From NCBI RefSeq assembly GCF_006345805.1, contig NC_043001.1, positions 45,012,001 through 45,076,000 of the forward strand: a stretch of DNA of 64,000 bases. Reading direction: 5' to 3'. A program made the translations under genes and the position numbers. Positions 37,923 to 51,322 of the stretch are shown in pieces (positions within the stretch are counted from its first letter, which is position 1; every line of letters starts with the position of its first letter). Origin of the DNA: Octopus sinensis. Its lineage: Eukaryota. Under the pieces are notes generated by a model. The model saw only the letters and a list, made by a program, of their open reading frames with translations, ran no database searches and had not been told where the DNA came from.

Positions 37923-38460
37923 ATATATATATATTAATTTATAAAAATATGGTAAAGTAAAAAAAATACTTAACCACACACCGAGCTTTTTAGAAATAGC
38001 AGCCAAAAATTTCTCAACTGCAAGAAAAAGTCTCCCAGACAATGCATACTCAGAAATAATTCACATACGTATAAGAGAAAAACAACGAAAAATCACATGG
38101 ATTCTCTGATATATGTTATAAAAATATGGATTCTCCGATATAATTTATAAAAATATGGTAAAGTAAAAAAATTACTTTACCACACACAAAGCTTTTTAGA
38201 AATAGCAGACGTCACAAAACTGCTTTCAACGTCACACTAACAGATCGCAGTAACGTTTTAGATATGAAAACAAGCAATCTCATTGGTTAAAATTCGCAGT
38301 TTTAATCTACGATTAAAGTCATAAAATAGATTTTTCTCAAATAAACTAGTTCCAACTGGCGAATAAACTAGTTCCACTCTATGAGTACACAAAGTTTCAA
38401 ATTATTTAGTTAACTAGAAAGATCTGGGGTCCTGGCCACAAATTTGAAAAGATCCGAAAA
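37300..38460. mobile_element. Diverged relative of the 626-1395 element with nested microsatellites and an internal tandem duplication
   Basis: aaacttcgtatactggtagaatgtgtc at ~37320; ttggttaaaattcg and ttagttaactagaaa at 38283-38420; aatttataaaaatatggtaaagtaaaaaaa...gctttttagaaatagcag occurs twice. Confidence 0.5.
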
Positions 38461-40337
38461 TTGTATATAAATATAAAGAAATATATATCAACTAGCTGTA
38501 TATGATAGCATATGTGTACACATGTGTACATGTGTGTGATCAATTCCATTTAAAACCCATCAAATCCAGACATCTTTCACTAAGTCTTGTAGACATCTTC
38601 CTTGGCTATGAGAGTTTCACTCACAGCACTTTAAAGATTAAATAATAATAGAATATTAATGTAGAAGTGTTTCTGCAGATCTGAGTGACATATGTCTGAA
38701 ACTGCAAAGAATAATAAACTTGGCATGTATGTGTGAGAATTTGACAGTTGTTTCATCCCTGTGACATTTTGCTTACCTAAGGGATCGATATTATGCCATT
38801 GAATAAGAATGTGAGCACCATTGTTTATTAAACACATATGTAAGATATATAGGTCCAACAATAATATTTGAAAGTACAGTTTCCCTCAAGATGTATCATT
38901 ATCTTTTTGCTCTGGGCTAAGATATCTAGAATTACAACAAATGTGACCAAAATCACCAAATTATAGATGAAAGATGGAGCACATATTGGGTTACACAGCT
39001 GTTTTTTTCTTTTAGATTCTTATTTATATATCCAATATAATTTGGGTAAAAACCTCATAACATGCATTTAAGAATTCTTATGTTGTTATTTGGCTACCAC
39101 AGTAGGGTATAGCCTACTGTAGGATATATTCCAGGGCTGAATACACATGCTGAAAAATATTCAACTATATACTAATTTTAAAGAATGATCTTCAATAATG
39201 GTTTTTGAATATAAACTCAGCAACTTAAAGCTAGTATGCTGTGCAAATACAAATATTGTGATCTACTATTAAAGCTTGATATCCTCTATCCTCATGTTAT
39301 ATTATCCTTATATATATATGATGATATATATAATATAATATACATATCCCAGCTCCGCTATACTTGCCCTCTCTTCTAAAATATGAGTAGTCATGTAGTT
39401 TCCCAACATAAAAGAAACTTATTTTGCTCTCTCATCCTTTACCCCTCCCTACTCATTCTTCTAGCATAAAGTTGCCCTCTGCTGCATGTCAACCTCACTA
39501 GTGGTGGTGGCAGAAAAAAAGCACCCAGTATACATTATATAATGGTTGACATTTGGGAGAGCATCCAACCATAAAAATTATACCAAAGCAGACACTGGAG
39601 CATGATGAAATCCTCAGGCCCATTGGATTCTGTCAAACTGTCCAATCCATTTCAACATGGAACATGGATGTGAAATGTTGATCATGATAGGCACCTTCTG
39701 CATTACAGAAGCATTGTGTTACTGAAAATCTTGCTGTAACAAGAAATTCCATTAGGTGAAACCTATTTTCCAAGAAAGTCAATTAACATGCAAATCTGTA
39801 GGCAATACATTTCACATCACTGAATTCCATATCCTGGCAATACTTCTTTAATATTCTCTTTCATTTTCTTTTTAACTAAATTTTAGAAACGTCTTAATGT
39901 TTCTGTCTGTATGTATGAAAGTATGTGTGTGTGTGTAAAAGAGAGAGAGTTTTTTCTACTTAAGAAAAAATCAAAATCTATATTTTAAGGATGCCTGTAA
40001 GTTTATGAGTATGTGTGTGTGTGTATGTGCTTCCCAACCATATGGTTCTGGATTCATCCCACTGCATGGCAGCTTGGGCATGTGATCAAAGCCTCATGAG
40101 TGGATTTGATTGAAAGAAACTGAACAAAGCTTGCCATATATATATATAAAATAACAATTTAATAAATAAAACATATGCATACATACATACATATATGTAC
40201 AAACCTACATCTATATGTATATATACATGCATATATGAGTACAGGACACCACAAATAAACGTAGAACACAACGAGAAATGAAAACATAGAAACAAAACAA
40301 GGAAACAGACTTTTTAACAATGAAAACAATGTACATA

Positions 40338-41170
40338 CACGGTGCGATGGGTAAATTGTCACCATTTTATATTTTTAAGTTTGCGCATGTGCATTGTTTG
40401 TTTTTCTTTTGTTTTTGATTTTGTCAACTACACAATATAATAGGGTCAGTTCAGCATCATCTGTAAGAAAAATAGCACCATGACGCAATTCACTCTGCTA
40501 GAAATTTGGAAACAACATGCTGTACTGCTTTGTATTAGCACCGGAAACTCCAATACGAATATTTCAGAGTGTTTGGGTATCAATCTGAGGACATGTACCG
40601 GGAGTGATAAAAACCAAACATCCTGTCAGCATCATGGTGTTTGGAGTGATCATTAATGATGACAACATTGTGCCTCCTTTCATCTTCCCATGCACTGTCA
40701 CATTCAACATGGAGGTCTACTTCAAGGAAGGAAGTGGTGCTGCGCCGTGTCAAGAGGGTGGCTGTTGGAAGATCTTATATCTGGCAACAGGACTTTGCAC
40801 CATGCCACATAAGCAGGAGAACCCAGTCGTGGCTGTTAGACAATTTCTGTGACCACATCACCCTTAACATCTGGCCACCTGACTCCTAAAACTGTAACCC
40901 CCTTGATTATTATGTGTGGGGCACTGTTGAGCGAGAAACCAACAAAACTCCTTGTAACACCAAAGATGAACTGAAGGTAAGGATTATGGCAGCATTCACC
41001 AACTTAACAAAGAGATAGGCCAGAAGAGTTGCAAGAGATTCTGAAGTCGTTTGGAGGCCAAGGCTGGAGCCAATGGCGATTTTATTGAGTAAATTTACTC
41101 TTTAGTATTTCAATATATTTATTTATCTAATTTTGGTAAATATATCTGTTAAAATGAGATGTCAGTGTTA
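40338..41170 (+). mobile_element. maT/DD37D-type Tc1-mariner transposon, internally deleted and degenerate
   Basis: KTKHPVSIMVFGVI...PPFIF, YIWQQDFAPCHISRRTQSWL, IWPPDS.NCNPLDYYVWG. Confidence 0.8.
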
Positions 41171-41253
<83 letters not shown>

Positions 41254-41378
41254 GTATATATATAAGAACTAATTGAGATTCAGATGAATTAGGTACTTAA
41301 GTTGAAGAACCAAGTCAATCCGGTATAATCCACACAAGGTGAATAAAATCAAAATAAGTAACAGGATATCAAGAAGTG

Positions 41379-41466
41379 ATGCAGTACGACCATTTCAAGT
41401 GGCTCCATTTAATTGAACAATGCAATGATTACATCAATTTAAATGCAAAGCTATCATCAGCTGCAC
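41379..41466 (-). ncRNA. Type I hammerhead ribozyme motif (intact core, imperfect stem II base)
   Basis: Minus: gtgcag-CTGATGA-long stem II-GAAA-tggtcg-TA-ctgcat; stem I has 6 bp; cleavage triplet GUA. Confidence 0.6.
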
Positions 41467-41589
41467 AAATAAATAGAATTTTAATCAGTTAGACACATTA
41501 ATATAATTTTTCTCAAATATTTTAACAGAGCAAGAAGATGGAAGAAATCCATGTTGTTGGTATTGTAGCTAAGAATAGACTACACTGTT

Positions 41590-41647
<58 letters not shown>

Positions 41648-43384
41648 TATGTATTTATATGTATGTGTGTGTGTGTGCATACTTGTGTACATTTGTGTCT
41701 GTGTTTGTCCCAGCACCACTGCTTGACTGGTGTTGGTATGATTATGTCACCATAACTTAGCAGTTTAGCAAAAAAATAAGTATTTGGGTTGATTCATTCG
41801 ACTAAAAATTTTTCAAGGTGGTTTATATATGTACATAGACACACACACACACAAGCACACACAGAAAGATATGTTGCAATTCTGTAAGGAGTATCACTCC
41901 AAAACTCACCCTTCCCAAGCAGCCCCAAAGACTAACAATCCAAGTAATATATGATGCGACTACCATATCTTACCATGGTCTTAAATTTATTAAAGATCAC
42001 CACATGATATTTACAGCAAGACCTATAAAAAAAATTCTGAATTCCAATTTTTGTAGAGCTCTTTTAACAATTTTCTGAATTCTCTCAGAAGGAAAAATGT
42101 TAGCTTTGTGTAGTATTTTCTTTTGCTATCTCAGACGATGTAAAAATGAAAAGGTAAAATTGCCTATTTTCCTTTTATTGATTGTTAGAATTTTGCATAT
42201 GGTGCTGATAAGTGTCTTATGATCTGACTGCCTTCTTCAATCGATTGTAAGTCTGGTTAGACTTTCATAAAAACAACTTATTTATGAAACTTATGTTCCT
42301 CTTTGATATAATTCTTTAATTCAGATTAGATCATATTTTTCTTTTACTGTATTTCATTTTAGTCTCTTCCTTCCATCTTTTTAACAAAGCAGTTAGCATT
42401 AAATTCCAGAAACATCTTTGTTTTTCTGTCTGTATTTATGAAAGTGCGTGCGTATGTGAAAGAGAGAGAGAAAGATCTTCTGTTTTTTACTTCTTTCAGT
42501 CATTGGACTGTGGTCATACTGGAGCACTGCTTTGGGAAGTTTAATCTAACAAATTGTCCACATATTCCCAGTCATTATATTCTTTTTACTCTGGTAGTTA
42601 TTCTATCAGTCTCTTTTGCTGAACTACTTAAATTACAAGGACGTAAACAAACCAACACTGGTTGTCAAGCAGAGTGTAAGGAGTGATAAACACAGACACA
42701 AAGACATACACACCCATACATGCATACATATATATATATATATATCTAGATGATGATGATGATAATGTGTGTGTATATATATATATCTGTAAATGTAATA
42801 CGTGACAATTATTTGGTAGCCATGATAAAATTCTGAGTTTCGGATGCCGAGGTGGAAATCCACGCCGTCATTTCTTCAGTTATCCGGCCATCGGAAAAAT
42901 GCTATGGAAAATGACCATTATACAAAGGGAAATTATTGTGTGATTGACCGTTATTAAGACAAAAGAGCTATTTGAATGACTGCTAAGTAAGGGGAGGGAG
43001 TAAAAGTAAGTTCATAGTATTTGCATAAGCGCATATATTCATACCTACACATACATGCCCGCACACCTACGTGCGTGCTCCTAAAAGTATACATTCATCC
43101 ACCCTCACTTGAAAACATACACATCTTCACTCTCACCATTCGCCAAATGTATATGTGTATACATACAACCCCCACACACACACGCGCGCATCATAAAGGT
43201 ATATAGACACGTGTCTATATGCGCACAAGCACAAGAAAAAACAGGGCTAAGGGTAACAATACAGAAAAAAGGCATAAGGGAGTATACAAAGAGTAAACCA
43301 CTTCTATATATGTACATACCCTTATGCACGCACACACACATGCCTATATACGCACACACACACACGCACGCACAAAAAGGATCA

Positions 43385-43580
43385 TACATACGTTCTCAGA
43401 GGCATAGGTGAAATTAGTTTTAATTGTGAACCTCTGTCCTTGTTTGAAAAGGAAATCCGAGCCTTCAAGCACGTTCCACAGTTTGGGTGTCCACATTTTC
43501 CAACCGTTGGTTTCGTGGTTGAAACAAATTTCACAAGATCTCTAACAATTTTACAAGTCTTAACACAGCTTTGATAGCAG
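43385..43580 (-). mobile_element. Penelope-like element fragment (Cys-rich RT/GIY-YIG linker)
   Basis: KPTVGKCGHPNCGTC...ISFSNK matches the PLE linker C..PNCGTC pattern. Confidence 0.55.
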
Positions 43581-44057
43581 ATTAAAGTATTGTGGGTTTG
43601 ATGCAAAGTTGCCAGAAGGCAGATGTGAACATATATTCAAAAGCACAATTACACTCATATACAACTACATGTATATATACACACAATTACAAACATACTG
43701 TATTGTAAGCTATAAATTAACCAATATATAAATTAGCCTATATATTGTACGTTATTATGGATGCTAATAAAATATACATGCATAATTTTAATAAATAAAT
43801 ATAATTTTATTGTTAGAAATTCAATGAATGATAGCCAATAATAACTGTCTCCATTACTTGGCATTTTGTTTTATTGATTTCTTGGTAGGAAGGTCTTTTA
43901 TAGAGGAAAATATATTCACACTGGACATAAAAATATTGAAAAAAATTAAAAATTCAGAAGTAGATACACACACTATCCCCCTGTGACCCACTAACTTTCA
44001 TTGCCACACACACACACGTGCACACACACACACACAATCACACACATGTTTATATTA

Positions 44058-44129
<72 letters not shown>

Positions 44130-44199
44130 TAAGATCCAAGCATCAAGATGTAGGAAGAAAGTTAGCTTCAAGCATTCCTTACTCCATTCCTTAACTCTT

Positions 44200-44266
<67 letters not shown>

Positions 44267-44269
44267 TAT

Positions 44270-44450
44270 ATATACAGTTGAAATTTATAGAAAAACATAT
44301 GAAGACAAGTGTATGAACAGCAAGCAAGTGTATTAGTTTGATACTCAGGAAAAATGAAAAAAGTCTTTTGCGTTTCAAGCCTACACTCTTCCACAGAAAG
44401 GAATAAGAGAAAATATACAGAGAGGGAGGAAAAAAACTTGTAGAGTTCAG
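44270..44450 (-). mobile_element. Penelope-pLTR-like repeat with degenerate hammerhead motif (44364-44401)
   Basis: Minus: ccttt-CTGTGGA-a-gagt-gtag-gctt-GAAAC-GCA-aaaga; homologous to 44790-44970. Confidence 0.6.
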
Positions 44451-44789
44451 CGGTCCAACATATAAATACATATACATTATGTACATATTTACATACATAT
44501 ATATGTGTGTGTGTGTGCGTTTAAGGCTCCAATGAGGCTATAAGGTGTTATTCAGGCACTTAAATATGAGTCTAGTACATCTTACAGCAGAAACTCCTGT
44601 AAGCTGATGAAGTACATAAGTTAATAATTTATTCCTTTGTTATCTCTTTCCTTATATAAATGTATATTTGAAAAAAGAAAAACAATGACTTCACTGGTAG
44701 TTCTAATCAATTTAATTTATTATTTTTTAATTTTCTAATAATATAAATTTTAGTTCATATATATATTCGTTAGTTACTGCACGCATTTT

Positions 44790-44970
44790 TTTTCTCTCCT
44801 TCTTTCTGCGTTTTTTTTCTCTCTGTGTATCTTTCTGTTGAAGAGCGTAGGCTCGAAACGTTAAAGACTTGTTTTATTTATATTTCCTGAGCGCCATACT
44901 AATACAATTGTTTGTTTGTTTTCCACCTGCCTTCGTCTTTTGTCTATTTTCATAAAGCTTCCCGTTATAT
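44790..44970 (+). mobile_element. Penelope-pLTR-like repeat with minimal hammerhead motif (44830-44867), ending in (TA)n
   Basis: tcttt-CTGTTGA-a-gagc-gtag-gctc-GAAAC-GTT-aaaga; stems I and II pair perfectly; A6-to-U core variant. Confidence 0.65.
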
Positions 44971-45064
44971 ATATATATATATATATATATCACTGTATTC
45001 ACCAGTAAATTGGATGTTTTTCATCACTCCTAGCCTCAATATGCTTCCTTGCATTGATGTATCT

Positions 45065-45186
45065 TTGACAGCAACGTAAAATGAAGTGTTTTGCTCAAGA
45101 ACACAATGCACTGCCAGTCTGGGAATTGAAACCATGATCTTGCAGTCATGAGTGCAGCACCCTAACCACTAGGCCATATGCCTTCA
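45065..45186 (-). mobile_element. SINE family D, 5' part
   Basis: gaagtgttttgctcaagaacac...gcaccctaaccactaggccatatgccttc. Confidence 0.7.
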
Positions 45187-45221
45187 TACAAACACACGTG
45201 TGTATATGTATCATCTCTCTC

Positions 45222-45290
<69 letters not shown>

Positions 45291-45498
45291 ATTTTTGCAC
45301 AAAGCCACCAATTTTGGGCGGAGGTAATAAGTCAATTACATCGATCCCAGTGTTCAACTGGTACTTGTTTTATCAATCCTGAAAGGATGAAAGGCAAAGT
45401 TGATCCCGGTAGCATTTGAACTCAGAATGTAAAGGTTAGAAGAAATGCCACAAAGCATTTTTCCCAGCATGATTACGGTTCTGCCTGCTCACTGCCTT
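45291..45498 (-). mobile_element. SINE family A
   Basis: ccagtgttcaactggtacttg...gaaaggatgaaaggcaaagttga...ctgcctgctcactgcctt. Confidence 0.75.
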
Positions 45499-45870
45499 GA
45501 ACATATATTGTACATACAAAGCATTGACTCATGAAGACACATTGTAGGCTACTTGTCAGGGAGAATAATAAATGACTACAGGGATTATTTCATCTTGCCA
45601 CATGCAGCCTCTCTGGTGTCAATGACATGATAAAATGCATCCAGTCCAATGCCGTAAAGTGGTGAGAAAAAAGAAATAGGAATATACTTAGAATACCAAA
45701 GTTGGTTGGTTTCCTCTGTTACTAAGTTTGCATTATGACAAACTGCAATAAGTATTGAGATGATGTGAAATCTGTCCAACCCATGTCAGCATCAAAAAAT
45801 GGGTGTAAGATGAAGAGGATGATGATTGAACCCTACTACGAAGTTATCACCGCTATATACATGTAGCTCT

Positions 45871-45966
45871 TCTTCTTCTTCTTCTCTTCTTCTTCTTCTT
45901 CTTCTTCTTCTTCATCTTCTTCTTCTTCTTCTTCTTCTTCTTCTTCTTCTTCTTCTTCTAAGCGGC
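45871..45966 (-). repeat. (GAA)n tract plus 8 unique nt, bracketed by a 23-bp direct repeat
   Basis: caccgctatatacatgtagctct at 45848-45870 and 45967-45989. Confidence 0.85.
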
Positions 45967-46639
45967 CACCGCTATATACATGTAGCTCTAGTTGTTGTTT
46001 TTGTTGTTGCCGCCTTTGTTATTTTTACTGTTCTTGTTTATTTCAAGTCATTTCTGATCTAACTAGTCTATGGTCAAAGGCATTTCAACCACACCATTCC
46101 CGTTTTAGTTTTAGACTCAAGATTACATTATGCAACACATACTTTTTTAAATTGTTGAGTGGGATTTGAAGATTTGGCTACAATTTCTATGGGGTCAAGT
46201 GACCATATACCAATTTTTTCAATTGTTTCATATGCATGTTGTAGTAGTAATAGTAGTAGTCATGGTAGTGGTGGTGGGGAGGTTGAAATGAATATACAAA
46301 AACAATAGTTGAAAGAGTAAGGAAATTGGTGGAAGAAGTTCAGTGAACCAGTTTGTATAGAAATAGCAGGAGGTCTTTAATGGAATTATTTTGATCAGTG
46401 ATGTATTTCATTAGGACTGACTTGGGTTAAACCATAACTACAGCTACTGGCCTCAGGTCTTTGAGGAATATTGCATAAACCAGTATTGGCTACTTTAACT
46501 AGTTTGCTTGACTGAGAAAACCAGATTATTGATTTTAATGATGGAAATGCCGAACTGATTATTGATTTGATTTCAAGAAGGAAAAATATCCTATCAAAAT
46601 TATTTCCTATCAATTTCACTCTCTCACTTCCTTGTTTTC

Positions 46640-46860
46640 TTCTTGTAATGTCGATAATAATAATAATATTAATAATGATAATAGTAATAATAATAATAGT
46701 AATAGTAATAATAATAATAGTAATAATAATAATAGTAATAATAATAATAGCAATAATAATAATAGCAATAGTAATAATAATAGTAATAATAATAAGAAGA
46801 ATAAGAATAAGAAGAAAACTAGCAATAGCAACAACAACAACTAAAATAATAATAATGAGA
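46640..46860. repeat. Compound (AAT)/(AGT)/(AAG)/(AAC) microsatellite
   Basis: Directly visible; it explains the poly-L, poly-N and poly-I ORFs. Confidence 0.95.
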
Positions 46861-47428
46861 GCAAGAACAACAAAAATGGTTTTAGTGGTTTTGATGTTGG
46901 TGATGATGAAGGTGATGGTTGTTTGTATTAGAAACAGATGTGATGATTGTCTTTGTGTTGGTTATGGTTATGGTGTTAATTGCAGGGCATGTAAGTGTGA
47001 TAATTATAGTAATGCTGGCAATTGTGGCATTATTAGTGAATGTTTATTAATCGTTCAAAGGTAGGTGTGGGGTTTAGTATCTGTTACCTTTGGAGGCTTT
47101 CCCAGACTGGTTGAATTGTTGCAGTTGATGGTCAATCTCAATAATTTACCTGCAGGCCAATGTTTTCAGGAATGCTGTAGGTCATAGGAGGTGGGGGAGG
47201 TAATTTCAAAGAATAGCTGTTATGGGGAATAATGGTTAGGTAAAATGTTTAGTATGATCGATTGTGTTTTGATGGTTCAGTGAAACAGAGATCATTGCAA
47301 TAGTGGCAATGGAAGAGATTGAGAGAAGAAATGGTTAGCTAGTAGCTGTAGGACCATAGTGACTGGGTCTTCGCCGAACAAGTGATTGGTTGCCCTTTGG
47401 TCACAGTCTAAAATGTTTGGGTGTAAAA

Positions 47429-47777
47429 GGTGAAAGAAGGTAAAGATCCCCTTTGGTCATGAATGACCATGAGATTGCACCTAGAAAGTTCCCCTCCAAG
47501 GCACAAGCCTGGGCAAGGTTGTTTATAGAAAACCAGCAGCCACCCATGCATACCAGCCTCTTCTTTCCATGCCACTGATGTTATCCAAGGGAAAGACAAA
47601 GGCCAATACAGCTTGGTATCAGTGACATTGCAATTCATTTCTACAGATGACTAAAGTGGAGCAACATGAAATAAAGTGTCTTACTCAAGGACACAACATA
47701 CGGCCTGGTCCAGGAATCAAACTCACAACCTCATGATTGTGAGCCTGATGCTCTAACCACTGAGCCATGTGCCTTCA
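47429..47777 (-). mobile_element. SINE family D, near full length
   Basis: Minus head tgaaggcacatggctcagtggttagagc...gagtttgattcctgg; body gtgtccttgagtaagacacttt. Confidence 0.8.
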
Positions 47778-48149
47778 TGTTTGGAAGTATTGCAGTAATA
47801 TAGTAGCATGTAACCTAGAAGTTAGGCCATTCGGCACATAGTCATAAGGTTTGAGTTCTGGACTGTGTCCTTTGGCAGCGTGCATCATTTTAAGTTGCTC
47901 CAGTCTGTTCAACAGTGTGCTGATGCAGTCCTCTGTCTTCCTCCAACTATCACATCTTCACTGTTCCCATGAGTCAAAGATAGGTGGGGAACAAAAGAGT
48001 GTTTGTGCCTGCTCATGACTTAATCGGCCCCTAAAACAATTAGCCAAAGTAGGATACAATCTACAAGCTGCTTGTGAGTGACAGCTAAGTTTATTAATAA
48101 CAACAGTACCACCCCAGATGAGTAGTACCTTAGTGCCAATTACACTTTA

Positions 48150-48570
48150 GCTTTATAAAGAGTCAGAGCTAAAGGTATTTTTCATTCTTGAGAAGTAAGC
48201 CTAGTCTTTATGATGCTGCTTTGGTAATGATTTAGATTTGATGTCACAATGATTGATTATTAAACATTGTGAAGTCTAGTATTGTTAATAATCTGGGGAA
48301 ATCCAGCTATAAGTTGTTTGTTTCAAGACCATTGCCTTGATATGTGATGTGATTGTGTCTTGGTCTTTTTGAAGGGGGATACTAGGTTGCTTTGTTCTTT
48401 TTAAAAGATGTTTTGAGGTCTCTATTATAGTATAATTTGCTACTATAGTAACAGCAGCATTGTTTCATTGGCTGTCAGAACCCAGTTCTGTATGTTCCAT
48501 AGTTTACTTCTAATAGACCAGCATTCTATCGAGACATAAGCAGTACCCCTATAAATCAATGTGGACCAGA
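48150..48570 (-). mobile_element. Possible highly decayed LINE endonuclease region
   Basis: CWSIRSKL...ANETML is reminiscent of an AP-endonuclease N-terminus; many stops. Confidence 0.25.
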
Positions 48571-50031
48571 GAAGAATTATCTGTTTTATTGATTAGATAT
48601 GAACGTTTTGCCTAGAGATGACTGGCAGCGCTGAGTTTAACTCTTCTTCACAGTAAAGTTACCTGAGAGAGAGGGAGAGAAGACATCATCCTATTTGAAG
48701 GGTGTAAAATCTATATTTCATGTACTTAAAGCTATGAAAACTGAAGATATGAATTAATTTTTCTTCAGTTTTTATTGGAATACCGACTTCTGACTTATGA
48801 GTACTGTGCATAGTGATACTTAGAAAGAAAATCACCTGTTTATATGAGTTATGCATACACATTTTTTTATAAATTTGTCTCGTTGAGCTGAATTCATTTT
48901 AGCCCAACTCAACAGTGAAAAATGTTACATGTAAGAAACTATCCACTTGACATAAAAAGTAAAATAAAGATAAACAACAGTGCTATGTAAATTTGTGATT
49001 CAGAAAAGAATTACCTAATTTTTTTTAATTGGTGGTATAAAGTAAGATTCATGAGGGTTACTTTGAACAGGTCAAGTAACTGAATATAAGCCATTTCATT
49101 AGCTCATTAATGATTTGTTGTGCTAATATTTATCTCAGACCATGATCAACTGGCATTTTTCTTGGATATATGTATCTAGGACTACGTTATTCATAGTTTC
49201 CTTCACTTTTTAATAGTAGAAGCTCTCTCATTAGCTAATACTTATTCCTTGGCTCAATCCCTTATTAGCTTGAGCTCCCTTCTTGGCACACCTCCTTGTT
49301 AAACTGAACTCCCTTGTTGGCTCACTCTCTTGTTGTACTGAGCTCCTTGATAGACCAAGTTTCCTCTTTAATTCATTCCCTTATTATTTTAAGCTCCTTC
49401 AGTAGTTCCCTCTCTTGAGCTTGAGCTCCCTCAGTAACCTGACCCCTCCCCTTCAGTGGTTTGACTTTAATCATAGGTTCAGATTCTCTTGTTAGGTTTC
49501 TCTTTGTGTTGGACCACCTCCTTGTTGGTTTAGGCTTTCTATTGACTCAAACATCCTTATTAGCATATGTGCCTATATGGATCTATACAGCAGGTGTTTT
49601 AGTCACTCTTTACAAAATATCTACTTACATATTCATTTATTCTTTTATTGGTTTCACTCATTGAATTATGAACATGCTGGGGTAGTACCTTCAGCCATCT
49701 GAGTCGATCATCTCAACCCAGTATTTATTTCAGTTTTGTGCTTATTCTATAAATTTTTATTTATCAATTGACTAAATTTCACTTTTTTCATGTGCAATTT
49801 CATGTACTGCTTTTATACCAGTATACACACATAGATACACTCTTTCATATACACATGCACACACAATCTGCATAATTTCCATCCATCAAATTTCAGTCAA
49901 CCTGAAAACTACAGCAACAGGTTCATGTCTAAAGTGCCACATAATGGGATTGAACCTGGAACCATATCTACAGTGTAACTATATACATTATACATATGTT
50001 CAAGATCAGTAGTATAGAAAGTCTGTGAATA

Positions 50032-50413
50032 TCTCTCTCTATATAAACGGCAGTTTGTCTGTGCGTTTTCTGTGTGTCTGTTTTCTCGTACCCTCACTCT
50101 GACCACGGCTTTCAACCGATTCTGATGAAACTTGACACACACATAGCCCAATGTCATAATTCAAAACTAACGCAGCGAAAATTTTGAAAAGTTCCCCCAG
50201 TTCTGAAAAAAATCGATAAATTCGATATGGGGTCGAGAATCAGAAACCCAAACCACAGACCGTCTAGGGGACGCAACTTCACCTTTTTTAACTCAAAAAA
50301 AAATTACCATCATTTTTTTCCCATTTTTTTGCTATTTTTTGGCTATAACTCTCTAAAAATGCTTTATAGTTATTTCCCTTACAAACCTGAGCAACGCCGG
50401 GCGATACTGCTAG
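50032..50413 (+). mobile_element. Non-autonomous Helitron
   Basis: Inserted between A and T; 5' TC (tctctctctatataaacggc), 3' hairpin cctgagcaacgccggg then CTAG. Confidence 0.85.
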
Positions 50414-50819
50414 TACATTATACATGTGTTCAAGATCAGTAGTATAGAAAGTCTGTGAATAACATGTTAGTGAGTCGACAGATCCTAAACGTTTCAGCAT
50501 ATGTTGTTTAAGTAAATTATTGATTTTATTAATGATTTATAAAGTTCTGTTAAACAGTAACAACTGTAATGAACCGATGTATAATGCAGTAATGCTTGTA
50601 ATGAAAACAATTTATAATGCAGTAATGCCTGTAATGAGAACAATGTCTATAGTGTAGCTATGTTTGTGATGCAGCAGTATCTGTAATGAGACAGTGTCTA
50701 AAGAACAGTAATGTACAGCAATGAAACTGTAGTGCAGCAATTGTTGATAATACATCATTGTCTAAAATGCAATAATGTCTGTGTAAAGCAACAATGCCTG
50801 TAAGAAAATAGTGTAATAC

Positions 50820-51322
50820 AATGAGACTGAGACCTTGGAGATATGCTGTGCTTGAGAAGACCTGGTGAGCCAAGTGAGACTATAACTGTGGCCTATGCTA
50901 GTGCAGCATAACTGGCCCATTTAAGTGTACCCTTCAATCATTGGGCAATAAACTGCACTTGCAAAAACCTGTTCAGTCAAGTGAAGTCATTGTTGTGGCC
51001 GATGACAGTACCACCTGTGCTGGTGACACATAAAAAGCACCATTCCAGTGTGGTCGATGCCAGTGCCACCTGATTGGCTCCCATGCTGGTGGCACATAAA
51101 AAGCACCATTCAAGCGTGATAAATGCCAGTACCACCTGACTGGCCCTCATGCACCCACTACACACTCAGGGTGGTTGATGTTAGGAAGGACATCCATCTG
51201 TAGAAACTTTGCCAGATCATATTGGAGCCTGGTGCAGCCTTCTGGCTTGCCAGCACTCAGTCAAACCATCCAACCTATGCCAGCTTTGAAAGCGGACGTT
51301 AAATGATGATAATGATGATGAT
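50820..51322 (+). mobile_element. 5'-truncated RTE LINE (ORF end, 3' UTR and GAT tail)
   Basis: gagaccttggagatatgctgtg...ggaaggacatccatctgtag...gcggacgttaaatgatgataatgatgatg. Confidence 0.8.

Noticed and set aside
48655-48690. Minus-strand pyrimidine tract + CAG|GTAACT, a second possible recursive site or terminal exon
   Set aside because: The tract is a GA-type simple repeat, the donor is weaker, no branch point is evident, and it is on the opposite strand to the 52 kb candidate.
50560-50820. Degenerate ~30-bp repeats (aatgcagtaatg.ctgtaatg)
   Set aside because: Decayed minisatellite with no coding or structural signal.
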